Below, piece by piece: positions 61,778-64,000 of a stretch of DNA of 64,000 nucleotides; the first letter of the stretch is position 1, and every line of letters starts with the position of its first letter. The stretch is from a virus. The translations under genes and the position numbers were made by a program. Under the pieces are notes generated by a model, which saw only the letters and a program-made list of their open reading frames with translations, did not search any database and was not told where the DNA came from. The stretch covers positions 64,001-128,000 of IMG/VR virus record IMGVR_UViG_3300032241_002679; one strand, given 5' to 3'.

Positions 61778-62212
61778 ACGTTTATTATCGGTATAATGAT
61801 TATTAAATACTTTTTCATGTTTTATGTCAGTACGAACTTTTTTATGTTTTGATGTTGGTTTCCATAGTGGTGAGTTCTCTCTATAATTAATTAATCTGGG
61901 ATGGGCTGTTCTAGAAAAGAATCTATAACCCTGATTAATATGAATTTGTGCTATTGCGTCTGAAAATCTAGGACCAATACCCATACCTTGAAAATCTGGA
62001 AGAATGCAAATCCTATGACCACGCCATGCATTTTTCATATTTCCATTTGGCAATGCTAAACTAGCACCAAATGCCACTATTCTATTATTCCATAAACCAA
62101 TATAACATCTCGATGCTTTATTCAAATCAGAACTTAAATAATGATGACCTTTAAACATGTCCCAGATATGATGGCTTGTTCGAAATATTTCGATTTGTAT
62201 TTTTGGCCTGAC
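61736..62212 (-). CDS. GNAT acetyltransferase (Mom-like), probably frameshift-fused to the upstream ATPase
   Basis: HHYL, RICILPDFQGMGIG; frame is open to the T9 run. Confidence 0.8.
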   Translation of the reverse strand, partial: VRPKIQIEIFRTSHHIWDMFKGHHYLSSDLNKASRCYIGLWNNRIVAFGASLALPNGNMKNAWRGHRICILPDFQGMGIGPRFSDAIAQIHINQGYRFFSRTAHPRLINYRENSPLWKPTSKHKKVRTDIKHEKVFNNHYTDNKRLCGSFEFIGTKEI

Positions 62213-62817
62213 AAAAAAAAACCATTAAAAAATTCACCACTATCTGTGTCAATTACCCAATCTGGCTGAATCCAATCCAATATATCACGATGACATGTTG
62301 ATAATACTATATTATTAATGTCATTATTTCTAATATATCTCGAAAGACTTACACTGGCCGCTTTAGCTACATCACGATCCACTACACTGGTGAATTCATC
62401 TATAATTGCATTTGAATTTAATTTACGAGATAAATCAGCCCTAAACTTCTCACCATTTGATAAGACATGATATGGTTTATACCACGAAGGTATACTATTC
62501 AATCCTACCGCCCCTAGCTTATTTATAGCCTCATCAGGGCTCTCAAAATGTGAAATGATAGATTTATTGTCATGCCATATAGGAACGGTCTCTTGGCCAA
62601 AATTCTTTATCATAGTACTCTTACCAGTACCACTACCTCCAACTATTACGCCTATTTTAAATTCAGGAGGAATATTAGGAACACTCCATGGATAAAATTT
62701 AGAAGTGCCATCAAAAATACAGTCAAAAGCTTTTTCACTTGCTAATATAAATTCATCCCTATCAACTATACTAATTAAAGGCTTAGACTCCCTTGATAAT
62801 TTTATTATTTCATTCAT
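62134..62817 (-). CDS. ABC-type ATPase
   Basis: GGSGTGKS, LSNGE, IIDEF, STCH. Confidence 0.9.
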   Translation of the reverse strand: MNEIIKLSRESKPLISIVDRDEFILASEKAFDCIFDGTSKFYPWSVPNIPPEFKIGVIVGGSGTGKSTMIKNFGQETVPIWHDNKSIISHFESPDEAINKLGAVGLNSIPSWYKPYHVLSNGEKFRADLSRKLNSNAIIDEFTSVVDRDVAKAASVSLSRYIRNNDINNIVLSTCHRDILDWIQPDWVIDTDSGEFFNGFFLSGQKYKSKYFEQAIISGTCLKVIII

Positions 62818-62923
62818 AAATGAAATATATAAAAAAATTAATAGGTGTAAAGTCTATAAAATAGAATAGCTAGAGGATAAATAAATACCCCCTAGCATAC
62901 TATTTTATTAATTAAAATTTAAA

Positions 62924-63127
62924 TTATTTGCTAGCTAACTTGCTGATTTTTTCTTCCAATTTGTTTAATTTGGATTCCAAAATAGCTGTTTTGTCGCCTT
63001 TTTTAGCCTGTTCAGCAAGCCATTCTTTCTTTTTAACTTGAATTGCTTCGCTTACAATGTTATCAATTAAATCAACCAAATCATTTTCAGAAATTCTAAC
63101 GGTTTTTTTTGCGTTTGACATATGCAT
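62924..63127 (-). CDS. small late coiled-coil protein
   Basis: KTVRISENDLVDLI; late motif at 63159. Confidence 0.65.
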   Translation of the reverse strand: MHMSNAKKTVRISENDLVDLIDNIVSEAIQVKKKEWLAEQAKKGDKTAILESKLNKLEEKISKLASK

Positions 63128-63203
63128 ATTTTTTTAAGTGAATATATTTATCTTGATTATAAATATACATTTTTTTTGAAAAAGATTAATTTTACTTAAT
63201 TTT

Positions 63204-63713
63204 TTATTTTGCTAAATGATCTGCGCAATATGTACTGGCTGTTGAATTAGGCTTAATTTTAAATTCATAACCCATCCCCATTATATAACCAATAGCTTGA
63301 CTCAAAGCTTTATTTGATTCCCAACGAGGATCAGGATTTATATCAGCATGAACTTCCATCATAATTCCATAAGAATCTAATAATGGTGAAATTTCATAAG
63401 CAACTTCAATACTCTTAGTTACTTCCAATAACATCCTCTCATTAATGGTTTCCTTTTTCTTACCCTTAATACTTATATTGTAGTCTGAATATATCATCTT
63501 ACCACCACGACCAACAATTGTACCGCCTCCCAAATCTTCCTTTATAGTAATAAGAATAACAGTGGCAAATTTAAATCCTTTACCATTTCTCTGAGAATCA
63601 GTACCGACAGATACTCTAATCATGTGATTCATTTCTATTTCTTCAATAATTAAATTTTCCAAATATTCTAATAATGGAATTTTAATTTTTTCGCCAGCTC
63701 TTTTCCAAGTCAT
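63204..63713 (-). CDS. RNase H-like YkuK/DUF458 protein
   Basis: VGTDSQ, EV.KS, EVHAD, IKP...AS..AD. Confidence 0.85.
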   Translation of the reverse strand: MTWKRAGEKIKIPLLEYLENLIIEEIEMNHMIRVSVGTDSQRNGKGFKFATVILITIKEDLGGGTIVGRGGKMIYSDYNISIKGKKKETINERMLLEVTKSIEVAYEISPLLDSYGIMMEVHADINPDPRWESNKALSQAIGYIMGMGYEFKIKPNSTASTYCADHLAK

Positions 63714-63771
63714 AATAATTTTTTTTAAAAAACGTGTTATAATAAAAAATCCCCAATTATGGGGACTAATT

Positions 63772-63999
63772 TTAAAAATTTGTTGTCGGTAATAATTCCT
63801 TCAACCTTTTATAATTTTTTTCCCCTATTTCATTCTTATTTATCGCTAGACGAAATAACGACCCACCATTACTTCTGTCAAGATATTTAATTTCATCTGG
63901 TATTATTTCTATAGGATTACCAACTAAATTCAAAAATATAAGCTTATTAAGCTGACCAATTTCAATTGGTAAAATTTTTATACGATTATGTGATAATAC
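63772..63999 (-). CDS. leucine-rich repeat protein, 5' part outside the window
   Basis: LSHNRIKILPIEIGQLNKLIFLNLVGNPIEIIPDEI. Confidence 0.85.
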   Translation of the reverse strand, partial: VLSHNRIKILPIEIGQLNKLIFLNLVGNPIEIIPDEIKYLDRSNGGSLFRLAINKNEIGEKNYKRLKELLPTTNF

Positions 64000-64000
64000 T

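Noticed and set aside
1-64000. Stop-codon reassignment (TAG to Gln)
   Set aside because: Long conserved genes are intact in code 11, and TAG occurs only at plausible gene ends.
1-64000. CRISPR array, tRNA or rRNA genes
   Set aside because: No regularly spaced repeats or cloverleafs were seen, and intergenic gaps are short. This was checked by eye only.

Overview
This is an AT-rich, gene-dense segment of a T4-like jumbo phage, probably infecting Bacteroidota. The host inference rests on TTG-N20-TAnnTTTG promoters, A-rich leaders without Shine-Dalgarno sequences, and Bacteroidota-type envelope genes. Layout: 1-11.8 kb is a sugar-nucleotide/glycosyltransferase cluster with gmd, rfbH-like and phoH genes. 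It is followed by a gp55-like late sigma factor and baseplate/structural genes. The minus-strand head module encodes the major capsid, scaffold, prohead protease, portal and large terminase, then probable head-cargo proteins. The accessory region encodes VWA, PlcP/LpxH-like, papain, Dam, a split thyA, secreted proteins, NlpC/P60, ClpC, ABC-ATPase/GNAT and LRR proteins. Six inteins, two free-standing endonucleases and one endonuclease remnant are present. Best leads: (1) a zinc-ribbon gene whose transcript has a three-way-junction leader with two identical AUUAAAUG loops and is closed by a long-range 5'-3' stem; (2) thyA split without an intron, with its new termini resembling a duplicated subdomain; (3) an endonuclease carrying a replacement 3' half of its GNAT target; (4) two 9-nt homopolymer -1 frameshift fusions; (5) a Pro-initiated portal intein and an intein at the papain catalytic Cys; (6) a TATTTAT late promoter plus LxE-ending leader peptides marking putative capsid cargo, including an ART-like protein. 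I saw no tRNA, rRNA or CRISPR array. All family calls are from motif recognition by eye, not database searches.
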